47,346 nucleotides of DNA from the NCBI GenBank assembly GCA_031259875.1, contig JAIRKW010000118.1, positions 1 to 47,346 of the forward strand, in the 5' to 3' direction. Below, in pieces: positions 26,984 through 35,895 of this stretch. The notes beneath the pieces are model-generated. The model had not been told where the DNA came from. It saw only the letters and a program-made list of their open reading frames with translations, and searched no databases. Both the position numbers and the translations under genes were made by a program. The stretch is from Campylobacteraceae bacterium. GTDB taxonomy: Bacteria; Campylobacterota; Campylobacteria; Campylobacterales; Campylobacteraceae. Every line of letters begins with the position of its first letter. The first letter of the stretch is position 1.

Positions 26984-28534
26984 ATGGCAAGATTAAAAAG
27001 GGAAAAACTCAATAAGTATGCTTCGTCTACAGTAACAATAGATCCGTACTCTGTTACGTCTTATACATTTGATTCTAACGAGATGATAGAGAACGATTTA
27101 CACAAATCATCTTTTAAAAACAGTAGTTTTTTTATATCTTATGTAATGACAAAAGATATTGTTTCCGGAACACTTGAAATTAGCAGAAGTATTCCTGAAA
27201 ATGATCTTAAAGATGCTCTTGAAATAAAAGCTTATGAAGATTTAGGGCTGGATTCATCCATAAATTACAAAATCAATTATATTGAAACGTCTGCTTCCGC
27301 CAACGACCAAAAAAATTACATATATGATGTATTTGCGGTTAACAGTGACACTTTAATGCAAAGTTTTATACCACTGAGAAAAAAGATATCTTATGTGGAT
27401 TATATTACCGCAGCTCCGTTTCTTATTGGCGCTCTTTATAAAAAAGGCATTATAGATCAGCACGGTGGTGCAGAGTGTTTTATCTATTTCCAAAAAAACG
27501 ATGCATTTTTAGCCCTGTATCAAAACGGGCACTATTTATATTCTAAATCTTTGCGTTATTCGCTTCGCGAAATAAATGAGAGATTCTGTTCACTGCTTGG
27601 GGAGAGAATTGACGAAGACACTTTCTTCTCAATGCTTAAAAAAGACGGATTAAATACGACGGATATAAAATACCAGCAACAATTTATGAAACTATTCGGA
27701 GAGATATTTTTATATATAAATGATATCTCCGTTTATGCAAAAAGATATTGCAATATCTCGCAAATAGCAAGAGTTTACATAGGCACAGATATTGGTATTA
27801 TATTTGGTATGAATGAGTATGCTAAAAGTTATATGGGCATTGAAGCGCTTGATTTTAACTTTAACATCTCTATTAATTCAAGAGAACATTATATAGACCA
27901 AATACATGTAATGATGGCTTTGAGCGCCCAAATATATGCAGAGTCGGATGATAACAGCACAATTGCAAACTTTACCATTTTTAAACGTCCGGATCCACTC
28001 TCAAAAAGACCGGCAGGTAAATTCCTTGCAGTAGCAGGATTGGCACTTGCAGCTTCATTGGCATATCCGATATATCAATATGGCTTTGGAGCTTACAAAT
28101 ACATATCATATAATATAAAAGAGACAAAATATAATGAGATAAAACCGCAAGCTGATACATTAAGAACACAAATTGGCAGCTTGCAAGCACAAAGTGACGC
28201 CATCAGCAAACAATTAACCAATGAAAACAGTATTCTTAAAACAAGAACAAGTCTATTGGAAGAGATTCGTTCCAAAAGAATTGATTATGCGATGAAGGCA
28301 ACTGTTATATCCGATATGGTTAACCTGTCCAATAATAATAGTGTCAAAATAGAAAAAATAGAGCAACACAATAATACAATAATACTATCGCTTACAGGAC
28401 TCGACGAAAAGCGGTTTACGGAATTTATAAGCGCTGTAGCGGATACTAAAAAATATACTGTAAGAACAAAAGAGATAAGCAAAGACGCTAATACCAGCAG
28501 GTATAGAAGCGATATCCATATGGAGATATTATAA
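26984..28534 (+). CDS. PilM-PilN fusion-like assembly protein (MshI-like)
   Basis: AAGGA (26971-26975) 8 nt before ATG 26984. ~345-aa cytoplasmic part with PilM-like spacing of conserved blocks, one TM (FLAVAGLALAASLAYPIYQYGFGAY), a coiled coil, then a ~90-aa alpha-beta C-domain. First gene of an MSHA-ordered operon. Confidence 0.5.
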   Translation: MARLKREKLNKYASSTVTIDPYSVTSYTFDSNEMIENDLHKSSFKNSSFFISYVMTKDIVSGTLEISRSIPENDLKDALEIKAYEDLGLDSSINYKINYIETSASANDQKNYIYDVFAVNSDTLMQSFIPLRKKISYVDYITAAPFLIGALYKKGIIDQHGGAECFIYFQKNDAFLALYQNGHYLYSKSLRYSLREINERFCSLLGERIDEDTFFSMLKKDGLNTTDIKYQQQFMKLFGEIFLYINDISVYAKRYCNISQIARVYIGTDIGIIFGMNEYAKSYMGIEALDFNFNISINSREHYIDQIHVMMALSAQIYAESDDNSTIANFTIFKRPDPLSKRPAGKFLAVAGLALAASLAYPIYQYGFGAYKYISYNIKETKYNEIKPQADTLRTQIGSLQAQSDAISKQLTNENSILKTRTSLLEEIRSKRIDYAMKATVISDMVNLSNNNSVKIEKIEQHNNTIILSLTGLDEKRFTEFISAVADTKKYTVRTKEISKDANTSRYRSDIHMEIL

Positions 28535-29175
28535 TGAATAACGATACGCTTTTAGACAAATTGGATAACTACCTTTCTTCAAAAAAGGTAGGCGAAGTTT
28601 ATTTAATTTACCTTGTAGTGGCGGGTTTGATTGTTTTTGTTATATACTTTCTCGTATTTCCCGAAGCAGAAAGATTTTACAACCAATATACGGCACAATT
28701 AGCCACAACTACAAAAAAACTTAATGCCGAAGAGGTATACATAAATAATAATCAAAATGCAGTAACCCGACTTGAAGGTCGAATTAAAACTGACAGTGAA
28801 CTGCTAAAGAATATGCAATATGTAAACGGATATGTGGATGAAAAATTAAAAGAGCTGTCGTATCTTCTTTTTAATGATAAAAGCTGGGCTTCGTTTATGG
28901 ATAGAATAACAGCCTTAGCTAAAGAATATAAAATCAATATTCTAAAAATAGAAAACGATTTCAAAGACAATAAAGATTTGCAAAATGAAAAAATCGAACA
29001 AGTTTTGAATATAAATATAAATTCTCGCGGTTCTTTCCACAATGTCATAAAATTTATCAATGCTCTTGAAGAGAGTCAATTGGTTGTTGATGTTTATGAA
29101 AGCACAATATCAAGCAATATTACAAATATACTTGATAGTAATATTAAACTTGCTGTATGGGGGATGCTATATTGA
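28534..29175 (+). CDS. PilO/MshJ-like bitopic assembly protein
   Basis: TAATG coupling. N-terminal TM (VYLIYLVVAGLIVFVIYFLVF), a coiled coil, and a C-terminal small alpha-beta domain. No sequence motif, so the call is by architecture and position. Confidence 0.4.
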   Translation: MNNDTLLDKLDNYLSSKKVGEVYLIYLVVAGLIVFVIYFLVFPEAERFYNQYTAQLATTTKKLNAEEVYINNNQNAVTRLEGRIKTDSELLKNMQYVNGYVDEKLKELSYLLFNDKSWASFMDRITALAKEYKINILKIENDFKDNKDLQNEKIEQVLNININSRGSFHNVIKFINALEESQLVVDVYESTISSNITNILDSNIKLAVWGMLY

Positions 29176-29576
29176 AAAAATATTTTTTAATAGCCGCTGT
29201 ATTAGTCGGCACGCTTAATCTATTCGGAGATAACAGTGCAGATATAGCAAGATATGACAGATACTTTAATGAGATTAGTGAAGTACGCGTTGGTATCCCA
29301 AATAACGAAATAGACAAACTATCTGATCCTTTTGCCGTTATAAGAACAGCAAATGTTGCGGATACCAGTAATGTTACAAGCCCTACATTTCAATTAAATG
29401 CCATACTTGAAAATAAGGTTAAAATTAATGACTCTTGGTTAAAACAAGGTTCATTGATACATGATTTAAGGGTTATTGCTATAAAACAAAAAAGTGTTGT
29501 TTTGGGCAATGAAAATAAAAGACTAGAATTATTCTTAAGGGAAAAAAATGAAAATAGCATCATTACAACAAACTAA
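29157..29576 (+). CDS. PilP/MshK/CtsR-like small secreted protein (start ATG 29157 or TTG 29172)
   Basis: Signal-like KKYFLIAAVLVGTLNLFG, a DPF motif, then a beta-rich segment LNAILENKVKINDSWLKQGSLIHDLRVIAIKQKSVVL typical of PilP/GspC HR-type domains. Immediately precedes the secretin. Confidence 0.35.
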   Translation: MGDAILKKYFLIAAVLVGTLNLFGDNSADIARYDRYFNEISEVRVGIPNNEIDKLSDPFAVIRTANVADTSNVTSPTFQLNAILENKVKINDSWLKQGSLIHDLRVIAIKQKSVVLGNENKRLELFLREKNENSIITTN

Positions 29577-31164
29577 GAAAAGCATTGCTTTTGCAGCTTG
29601 CATGGCGTTACTTGCATTATTGCCTCAATATTCGTTTGCGGCTCCTCAAAATAATAAAGCTTTGCAAACAAAAAAAGGGTGCGAGTATAAAAACTTAAAT
29701 ATAAAAATAAATGCTAATGTACAATTAGCAGAGATATTGTCACAGTTATCCGAATCGTGTGATTTTAGCATTGTATTTGCTGATGCTCCAGCAATAGAGA
29801 TAGCAAATCAGCCTCTATACGGCACAAACATTAAAGATAAATCACTTTTTGAAACTTTGGATATTTTATTAGCCTCAAATAATCTCAATTATGAATATAA
29901 AAACAGCGTTTTAAAACTATCGGCGCTAGAGACAAAGAGTTTCAAAGTTGATTATATAACATCCATCAGACAAGGAACCGCTACTATGAGTGCTTCTGTA
30001 AGCGCTACTCCACAAGAAGCAGGCGGCGGTGCCAGCGAGGCTCCGGATAAAGCAGATAACTCCATAACTGTTAAAGAGGAGTTTGATTTTTGGAAGACTA
30101 TTGATGCCGAAGTGCAGGCTGTGGTTAATACAGGCAGAGAGATATATGTTGCAAAACCGCCTATTATTAATTCCAAAGCAGGGCTTGTAACTATAACAGC
30201 CACAAAAGAACAGCTAAAAAGAGCTCAAGATTATTTTGACGCACTAAAGAAGAGATTGTTAAAGCAAGTACTGATTGACGTTACAATTCTATCAGTTGAT
30301 TTAAATGACGATAACAGAATGGGTATAGACTGGTCAAAATTTCAACTTGGATTTATTGCTGATGCAGCAAGCGATATAGTTGGTATAAATACGGGTTCGT
30401 CATGGAGTGGTAGTAATTGGGATTTGACAAATGGATACGAGTTAGGAGAGACATACAAAAAAGGAACACGTTTTGGCAATAGCGGACATATTGATTCAAA
30501 TGATATAGGAAAACTTGTAGCCTTTAATGCCGGTGTCTCTTTTTCTCTTGACGGTGTTTTTGATTTTTTGAAAGAAAAAGGCAAAACAGACGTTATATCC
30601 AACCCTAAAGTTTTGACGCTTAACAACCAGCAAGCACTTATCACTGTAGGCGATACAATAAATTATCAGACAACAGAGACAACGAGCAATGCCGGAAGCG
30701 GCAATGGCAATGTTATCTCCGAAGATGTTACTAACTACTCCGTATTTATCGGCATCTTGCTAAATTTATTGCCAACAGTTTCAGATGATAACAATATTAT
30801 GTTAAGAATTAACCCTTCTATCAGCGATTTTAAATATGTAGAAGATAATCAAAAACAGACAACGCCGAGAAGAATAGCTCCGGATACAACAGAGAAAAAA
30901 CTCTCAACCGTTGTAAATGTTAAAAACGGAGATACTATAGTTCTTGGTGGATTAATCACAAACTCTGTTGTGCATACAGATAAAGGCATTCCATTACTTA
31001 GAAGTATTCCATTGCTTGGCTATGCGTTTAAATACGCAGGAGAAGAGACAAAGACGAAAGAGCTTGTATTTATCATTACTCCAAAAGTCATAGGCAGCGA
31101 TGACACATCGGCTATTTCTGCTAAATCTTTAAATGATTTAGGCTATAAATCTCTTGGTAAATAA
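29548..31164 (+). CDS. ctsD: secretin (PilQ/GspD/MshL family), CtsD-like
   Basis: AAGGGA SD and a signal peptide ending SFA. N-domains, and a C-terminal secretin core (VISNPKVLTLNNQQALITVGD, NGDTIVLGGLI, IPLLRSIPLLGYAFKY, ELVFIITPKVI). Confidence 0.85.
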   Translation: MKIASLQQTKKSIAFAACMALLALLPQYSFAAPQNNKALQTKKGCEYKNLNIKINANVQLAEILSQLSESCDFSIVFADAPAIEIANQPLYGTNIKDKSLFETLDILLASNNLNYEYKNSVLKLSALETKSFKVDYITSIRQGTATMSASVSATPQEAGGGASEAPDKADNSITVKEEFDFWKTIDAEVQAVVNTGREIYVAKPPIINSKAGLVTITATKEQLKRAQDYFDALKKRLLKQVLIDVTILSVDLNDDNRMGIDWSKFQLGFIADAASDIVGINTGSSWSGSNWDLTNGYELGETYKKGTRFGNSGHIDSNDIGKLVAFNAGVSFSLDGVFDFLKEKGKTDVISNPKVLTLNNQQALITVGDTINYQTTETTSNAGSGNGNVISEDVTNYSVFIGILLNLLPTVSDDNNIMLRINPSISDFKYVEDNQKQTTPRRIAPDTTEKKLSTVVNVKNGDTIVLGGLITNSVVHTDKGIPLLRSIPLLGYAFKYAGEETKTKELVFIITPKVIGSDDTSAISAKSLNDLGYKSLGK

Positions 31165-31985
31165 TGAGCGACATTTTAAACAGATTTTCAGATGTCAAGA
31201 ATATATTTATTGAAGGCAGAGTCTTTGATTATATAAATCTTGACAAATCCGTAATTGCTTACGATAAACTATCTAATGCTATCAGCAAACCGTTGAAACT
31301 TGTTCTCTTTTACGGAAAACCTGGTACCGGTAAAACATTTTTGCTGGAAAAGATATACAGCGACCTTAGAGGTAAATACCCTATTGTCTTTTTTCCAAGA
31401 CCTTTTTTTGACGAAAAACAGTTTCTAAAATCTCTATTTGAAGAGGTATTTGCCATAAAAGCACCTTCATTTAGTGGTTATGAAGAGTTTTTAGATATAT
31501 ATAAAACAAAAGTGCCAAAGATTTCGGAGCAAACCACCGTAACTGTTCTTTTAGATGAAGCGCAGCTCTACCCAAGAGATTTAACGGAAAAAGTTCGCTT
31601 AATGGCCGATACGAGGCTATTTAAATTTCTTTTTACCGTACATAAGACAGAAAAAGAAGAAGTTCTGGCAAAAGACTACTTTAAGACAAGAATATGGGAG
31701 AGTATAGAGCTCGGCGATTCTGAAATGGCTGAAATCCGCTCATATTTGGAAAAAAAGTTTTTATATCACAATAAATTTGAATATCTCACCTATGTCAAAG
31801 ACTATATTTCACTTATATTTTCGCTAACACACGGCAATCTTAGAACAGTAAATAAATTTCTATTTAAACTGTTTGAAATATATGAATATTATGAATCTAA
31901 CAAGCCCTCAATCGTATCCGATAAAAACAGCAGAAAAAAGTTGATTGAGATGGCAGGAATTACAACAGGACTAATCAATGCTTAA
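31164..31985 (+). CDS. ctsP: ExeA/MshM-like AAA ATPase, CtsP-like
   Basis: Walker A GKPGTGKT, Walker B VLLDEAQ. 273 aa. TAATG coupling to the secretin gene. Confidence 0.7.
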   Translation: MSDILNRFSDVKNIFIEGRVFDYINLDKSVIAYDKLSNAISKPLKLVLFYGKPGTGKTFLLEKIYSDLRGKYPIVFFPRPFFDEKQFLKSLFEEVFAIKAPSFSGYEEFLDIYKTKVPKISEQTTVTVLLDEAQLYPRDLTEKVRLMADTRLFKFLFTVHKTEKEEVLAKDYFKTRIWESIELGDSEMAEIRSYLEKKFLYHNKFEYLTYVKDYISLIFSLTHGNLRTVNKFLFKLFEIYEYYESNKPSIVSDKNSRKKLIEMAGITTGLINA

Positions 31986-32754
31986 AACCGAAGAGATAAT
32001 AACGTTTGAAGAGCGTTGGAAAGAGTATAAAAATAAAATTTTATTTAGAAGACTTGTGGCTATTTTTCTTGTACTTCTTTTTATAGCGTCACTTATACTT
32101 CTTTTCCTTGTTATAAGAGATAGCTCAATGAGCAATGCCAAGGCAAACAGCAACCAAACAACAATACACCAAACAAATCAAACAACTATTGTTCCAAGCA
32201 CTTATAACAATATGACAACGGTTGCAGCCCAATTGGAAGAGACAAATACTACTGCAGAAGAAATAGATAATCAAACAGTAAAAACAGAAACTGCTAAACC
32301 TGTAGAACCACCGATTCAAAACGTTTCCAATACAAGCAATATCCCGGTTAATGACTCTCCAAAAAAGGTCAATACTGCAGAGCAGCTTCCAAAAATGCGG
32401 GAAATCATCAAGCCGCCAGTGGAAAATAAAATTATTATAGAGACAAACGATATACAAAATATAGAAGAATTAATCAAAAAATTTGAGGCTTCAAACAACA
32501 TGGTTTTCGCCACAATGATTTCCGAAGAGTATTTTGAGAGAAAAAATTATAAAAAATCGTTAGAATGGGCACTGAGAGCCAATGAAATAGATTCGCAAAA
32601 TGAATTAAGTTGGATTATGTTTGCTAAAAGTCAAGTAAGACTTGGTAAAATAGATGACGCTATACGGGCTTTAGAGATATATACTAATTACGCCAAAGAC
32701 GCAACAAGCGCAGTTAATTTGTTGAAAAATATTAGAAGCGGCGAATATAGATAG
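31978..32754 (+). CDS. ctsX: bitopic membrane protein with low-complexity linker and C-terminal TPR-like region (CtsX/MshN-like)
   Basis: One TM (LVAIFLVLLFIASLILLFLVI), an Asn/Thr/Gln/Pro-rich ~110-aa linker, and a helical C-terminus with TPR-like spacing. Overlaps ctsP by 8 nt. Confidence 0.5.
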   Translation: MLKTEEIITFEERWKEYKNKILFRRLVAIFLVLLFIASLILLFLVIRDSSMSNAKANSNQTTIHQTNQTTIVPSTYNNMTTVAAQLEETNTTAEEIDNQTVKTETAKPVEPPIQNVSNTSNIPVNDSPKKVNTAEQLPKMREIIKPPVENKIIIETNDIQNIEELIKKFEASNNMVFATMISEEYFERKNYKKSLEWALRANEIDSQNELSWIMFAKSQVRLGKIDDAIRALEIYTNYAKDATSAVNLLKNIRSGEYR

Positions 32755-32777
32755 AGCCTAGATTAGGAGTTTTATAG

Positions 32778-34532
32778 ATGGAAGAATTAGCAGCAGCGGA
32801 TGCCATTATCAATTATCTTGTCGGAAATAGAATTATAGATGAACAAACTGCCGAAAATATTAAAGATGAAGCCGCTAAAGACGATTCTTCTTTAGGCTCT
32901 GTCCTCATAGATAATGGTTACTTTTCAAAAGATGATCTTCTTATTTTGCTTTTGGGATTTTACAAGAGCGGAACAATTACATTAGAGAGCATTACAACAG
33001 AATTTGGCATACAACCAGAGGTGTTTTTAAGTTTTCTTGCAAAAGAATCTGGACTTGAATATATCGATTTAGATTCTATAGATATTGATTATAAACTATC
33101 AAAAAGAGTTGCACTTCCACAACTTAAAAAATATGATGCTCTTCCCGTAAAAGAAGATGATATAAATATATATATTGCAGTAAAAGACCCTTCAAATATG
33201 GCAACTATTGACGGTTTGCAAAGATTGTTTAATAGAAAAATGGTCAAAGCCGTTATAGCAGACCCATCATTGATTGAAAAATATTTCAATAAAATAGAGC
33301 TTAGTGAAAGCATAAACGGTATTATCAATGAAATAAGACGTGAAATAACAACGAGTGCAGCAAGCAATCCTCAAGAATCTTCGGGTATTTTAAAACTTAT
33401 AGAGGCAATACTGAAAACATCTATTCTTGCGCGGGCAAGCGATATTCACATAGAGCCAACTGAAAAAAACTGTATAGTCAGAAGCAGAATAGACGGCATG
33501 TTAGCAGAAACATTTGTTTTTGAAAAAGATATATATCCGCCTCTGTCTTCCAGAATAAAGCTTTTGTCTAATATGGATATAGCCGAGAAAAGAAAGCCTC
33601 AAGACGGCAGATTTTCGGCCAAAATATTAAGTAAAGAGTATGACTTTCGTATCTCTGCTCTGCCTACACTATTCGGCGAATCAATAGTTTTGAGAATTTT
33701 GGACAAATCAAAAATTATGATTAAACTCGAAAACCTTGGTATGCACCCATCAAACTATGAAAAATTTTCGCGCTCCATGAGAGCACCTTATGGTATTATT
33801 TTGGTTACAGGACCAACAGGAAGCGGTAAAAGTACAACACTTTATGCAGCACTTAACGCCATAAAAAGCGTTGAAACAAAAATTATCACCGTTGAAGACC
33901 CTGTAGAGTATCAATTAAACCTTGTCCAGCAAGTACATGTAAACGAAAAAGCAAATCTTACATTTGCTTCAGCTTTACGTTCTATCTTAAGACAAGATCC
34001 GGATATTATAATGATAGGTGAGATTAGAGATCAAGAGACTCTTAGAATCGCCGTGCAAGCAGCTTTGACGGGACACTTAGTTTTTTCAACACTTCACACA
34101 AATGACGCCGTAAGCGCAGTAACAAGAGTTGTAGATATGGGCATAGAACCGTATCTTATAAGCGGTGCTTTAGTAGCCATAGAGGCGCAAAGACTCGTAA
34201 GAAAGCTTTGTCCCAATTGCAAGACAAAAATAAATATACCAATGAACATGCTCAATAAAATAAAACCGTTTATCCCTGAAAACTACACATTCTACAAAGC
34301 AGTAGGATGTGAAAAATGCTCACAAACAGGTTATCTTGGGCGTGAGATGATATCTGAAATTTTACCTATCAGCGAAAAAGTCGCAAGCATGATTGCTCAA
34401 GGCACTACGAAAGACGAAATAAAAAGGCAAGCCTACGCCGAAGGATTTATAGATCTTTTCAAAGATGGTATTATCCGTGCAGCAAAAGGCATAACATCTG
34501 TAGATGAAGTATTAAGGGTGGCAAAATCATGA
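32778..34532 (+). CDS. ctsE: GspE/PilB/MshE-family assembly ATPase, CtsE-like
   Basis: TAGGAG SD. N-terminal T2SSE_N-type domain, Walker A GPTGSGKST, Asp box ITVEDPVEY, Walker B DIIMIGEIRD, His box GHLVFSTLHTND, and a tetracysteine CPNC...CEKC. Confidence 0.9.
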   Translation: MEELAAADAIINYLVGNRIIDEQTAENIKDEAAKDDSSLGSVLIDNGYFSKDDLLILLLGFYKSGTITLESITTEFGIQPEVFLSFLAKESGLEYIDLDSIDIDYKLSKRVALPQLKKYDALPVKEDDINIYIAVKDPSNMATIDGLQRLFNRKMVKAVIADPSLIEKYFNKIELSESINGIINEIRREITTSAASNPQESSGILKLIEAILKTSILARASDIHIEPTEKNCIVRSRIDGMLAETFVFEKDIYPPLSSRIKLLSNMDIAEKRKPQDGRFSAKILSKEYDFRISALPTLFGESIVLRILDKSKIMIKLENLGMHPSNYEKFSRSMRAPYGIILVTGPTGSGKSTTLYAALNAIKSVETKIITVEDPVEYQLNLVQQVHVNEKANLTFASALRSILRQDPDIIMIGEIRDQETLRIAVQAALTGHLVFSTLHTNDAVSAVTRVVDMGIEPYLISGALVAIEAQRLVRKLCPNCKTKINIPMNMLNKIKPFIPENYTFYKAVGCEKCSQTGYLGREMISEILPISEKVASMIAQGTTKDEIKRQAYAEGFIDLFKDGIIRAAKGITSVDEVLRVAKS

Positions 34533-35788
34533 ATTTGAAATATTTTGAAGTCATATATTTAGTTAAAGGCAAACAATCAAAGACTGTTTTGCAAGCTGCA
34601 AACAGAGCCGAAACCATTAAGATTTTTAAAGCAAGAAATCCGAACAGTTCAATTGTAAAAATTACAGAAACATCCGCTCCTTTAGATGAAACAATTGAAA
34701 AGTTTAAAAATACTATTGTAAACGCAATATTTAAAAAGAGCGTTAAAGTAGAATTTCTTATCGCTTCATTTAGACAATTAGCCGTTATGGCAAATGCTGG
34801 TATCCCCATACACGACAGCGTTAAAGAAGTAGGAAGAGCGGCGGCAGATGAGAGATTGAGGGCAATTTTTGCTAAAATAGATGATGATTTAAACTCTGGT
34901 CTTAGCCTAACTGCTTCAGCTTCGGCTTTTAAGGAGGAGTTAGGAGATGTCAGCATAGCTATGATAGAACTTGGTGAAAGTACCGGCAATATGGCAGATT
35001 CACTAAAAAAACTTGCCGATATTCTTGAAGAGGTTAATGAAAATAAAAAGAAATTCAAAAAAGCTATAAGATATCCGCTGACAATTGTCACGGCAATGGC
35101 GATAGCATTTATTATTTTAATGACTCAAGTTGTACCAAAGTTTAGGGATATCTTTAAACAACTCGGCGCAGAAGAGAAACTACCCATACCTACAAAGATA
35201 CTTTTAAGCATAGAGAGCGCGATTTCTAATTATGGATTGCATATTTTAGTTGTCGGTATTATCGGATTTTTATTTATTATCCGCTCATACAGACAAAATC
35301 CTATTTTTCATGCACAATGCGATAAATATATGCTTAAAACATATCTGATAGGAAAAATCATATTTTTTTCAAATCTCAACAGATTTACGCTTATTCTATC
35401 GGAATTAATCCGTGCAGGTATTCCTGTCATTGAAGCGCTTGATACATCAATTTTAACCGTCACCAATACAACTCTTCAAGAGAGGCTGGCATTAGTCAAA
35501 ATATCTGTCCAAAGAGGTGTATCGCTTACCGACTCATTCAGAGAAACGAAGCTTTTTGAAAATATGCTTATACAGATGATTCAAGCCGGCGAACAGAGCG
35601 GTACTCTTGATATGATGCTATCAAAAGTTACAGATTATTTCAGAGATAGATTTAATGCAATTATAGACAATCTTTCAAGTTACATTGAGCCGATTTTATT
35701 GGCATTTTTGGCTTGTATGGTTTTGCTTTTGGCACTTGGCATTTTTATGCCTATGTGGGAGATGGGGGCAGCTGCAAAAGGCGGTTAA
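34529..35788 (+). CDS. ctsF: GspF/PilC/MshG-family platform protein, CtsF-like
   Basis: ATGA overlap with ctsE. Two GspF-type repeats and three TM helices. 419 aa. Confidence 0.85.
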   Translation: MNLKYFEVIYLVKGKQSKTVLQAANRAETIKIFKARNPNSSIVKITETSAPLDETIEKFKNTIVNAIFKKSVKVEFLIASFRQLAVMANAGIPIHDSVKEVGRAAADERLRAIFAKIDDDLNSGLSLTASASAFKEELGDVSIAMIELGESTGNMADSLKKLADILEEVNENKKKFKKAIRYPLTIVTAMAIAFIILMTQVVPKFRDIFKQLGAEEKLPIPTKILLSIESAISNYGLHILVVGIIGFLFIIRSYRQNPIFHAQCDKYMLKTYLIGKIIFFSNLNRFTLILSELIRAGIPVIEALDTSILTVTNTTLQERLALVKISVQRGVSLTDSFRETKLFENMLIQMIQAGEQSGTLDMMLSKVTDYFRDRFNAIIDNLSSYIEPILLAFLACMVLLLALGIFMPMWEMGAAAKGG

Positions 35789-35859
35789 AGATAAATTCTA
35801 AAAGTCCAGACTTTACACATTTATTACAAATAGTTACACTATTTAAGCTTCACTTTTTC

Positions 35860-35895
35860 AAAACATACTTTATTTCTCAAAATAAAGTATGTTTT
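35860..35895 (+). terminator. perfect 16-bp inverted repeat, likely operon-end terminator and/or operator
   Basis: AAAACATACTTTATTT-CTCA-AAATAAAGTATGTTTT, 72 nt after the ctsF stop. The right arm ends in TTTT and is followed 3 nt later by TATAAT (35899-35904). Confidence 0.4.

Noticed and set aside
34471-35091. 206-aa minus-strand ORF opposite the 5' part of ctsF, and the similar 24697-25158 ORF opposite hslU
   Set aside because: Both are antisense to genes with clear family motifs and have hydrophobic/Ser-rich composition with no SD. Treated as frame artefacts.
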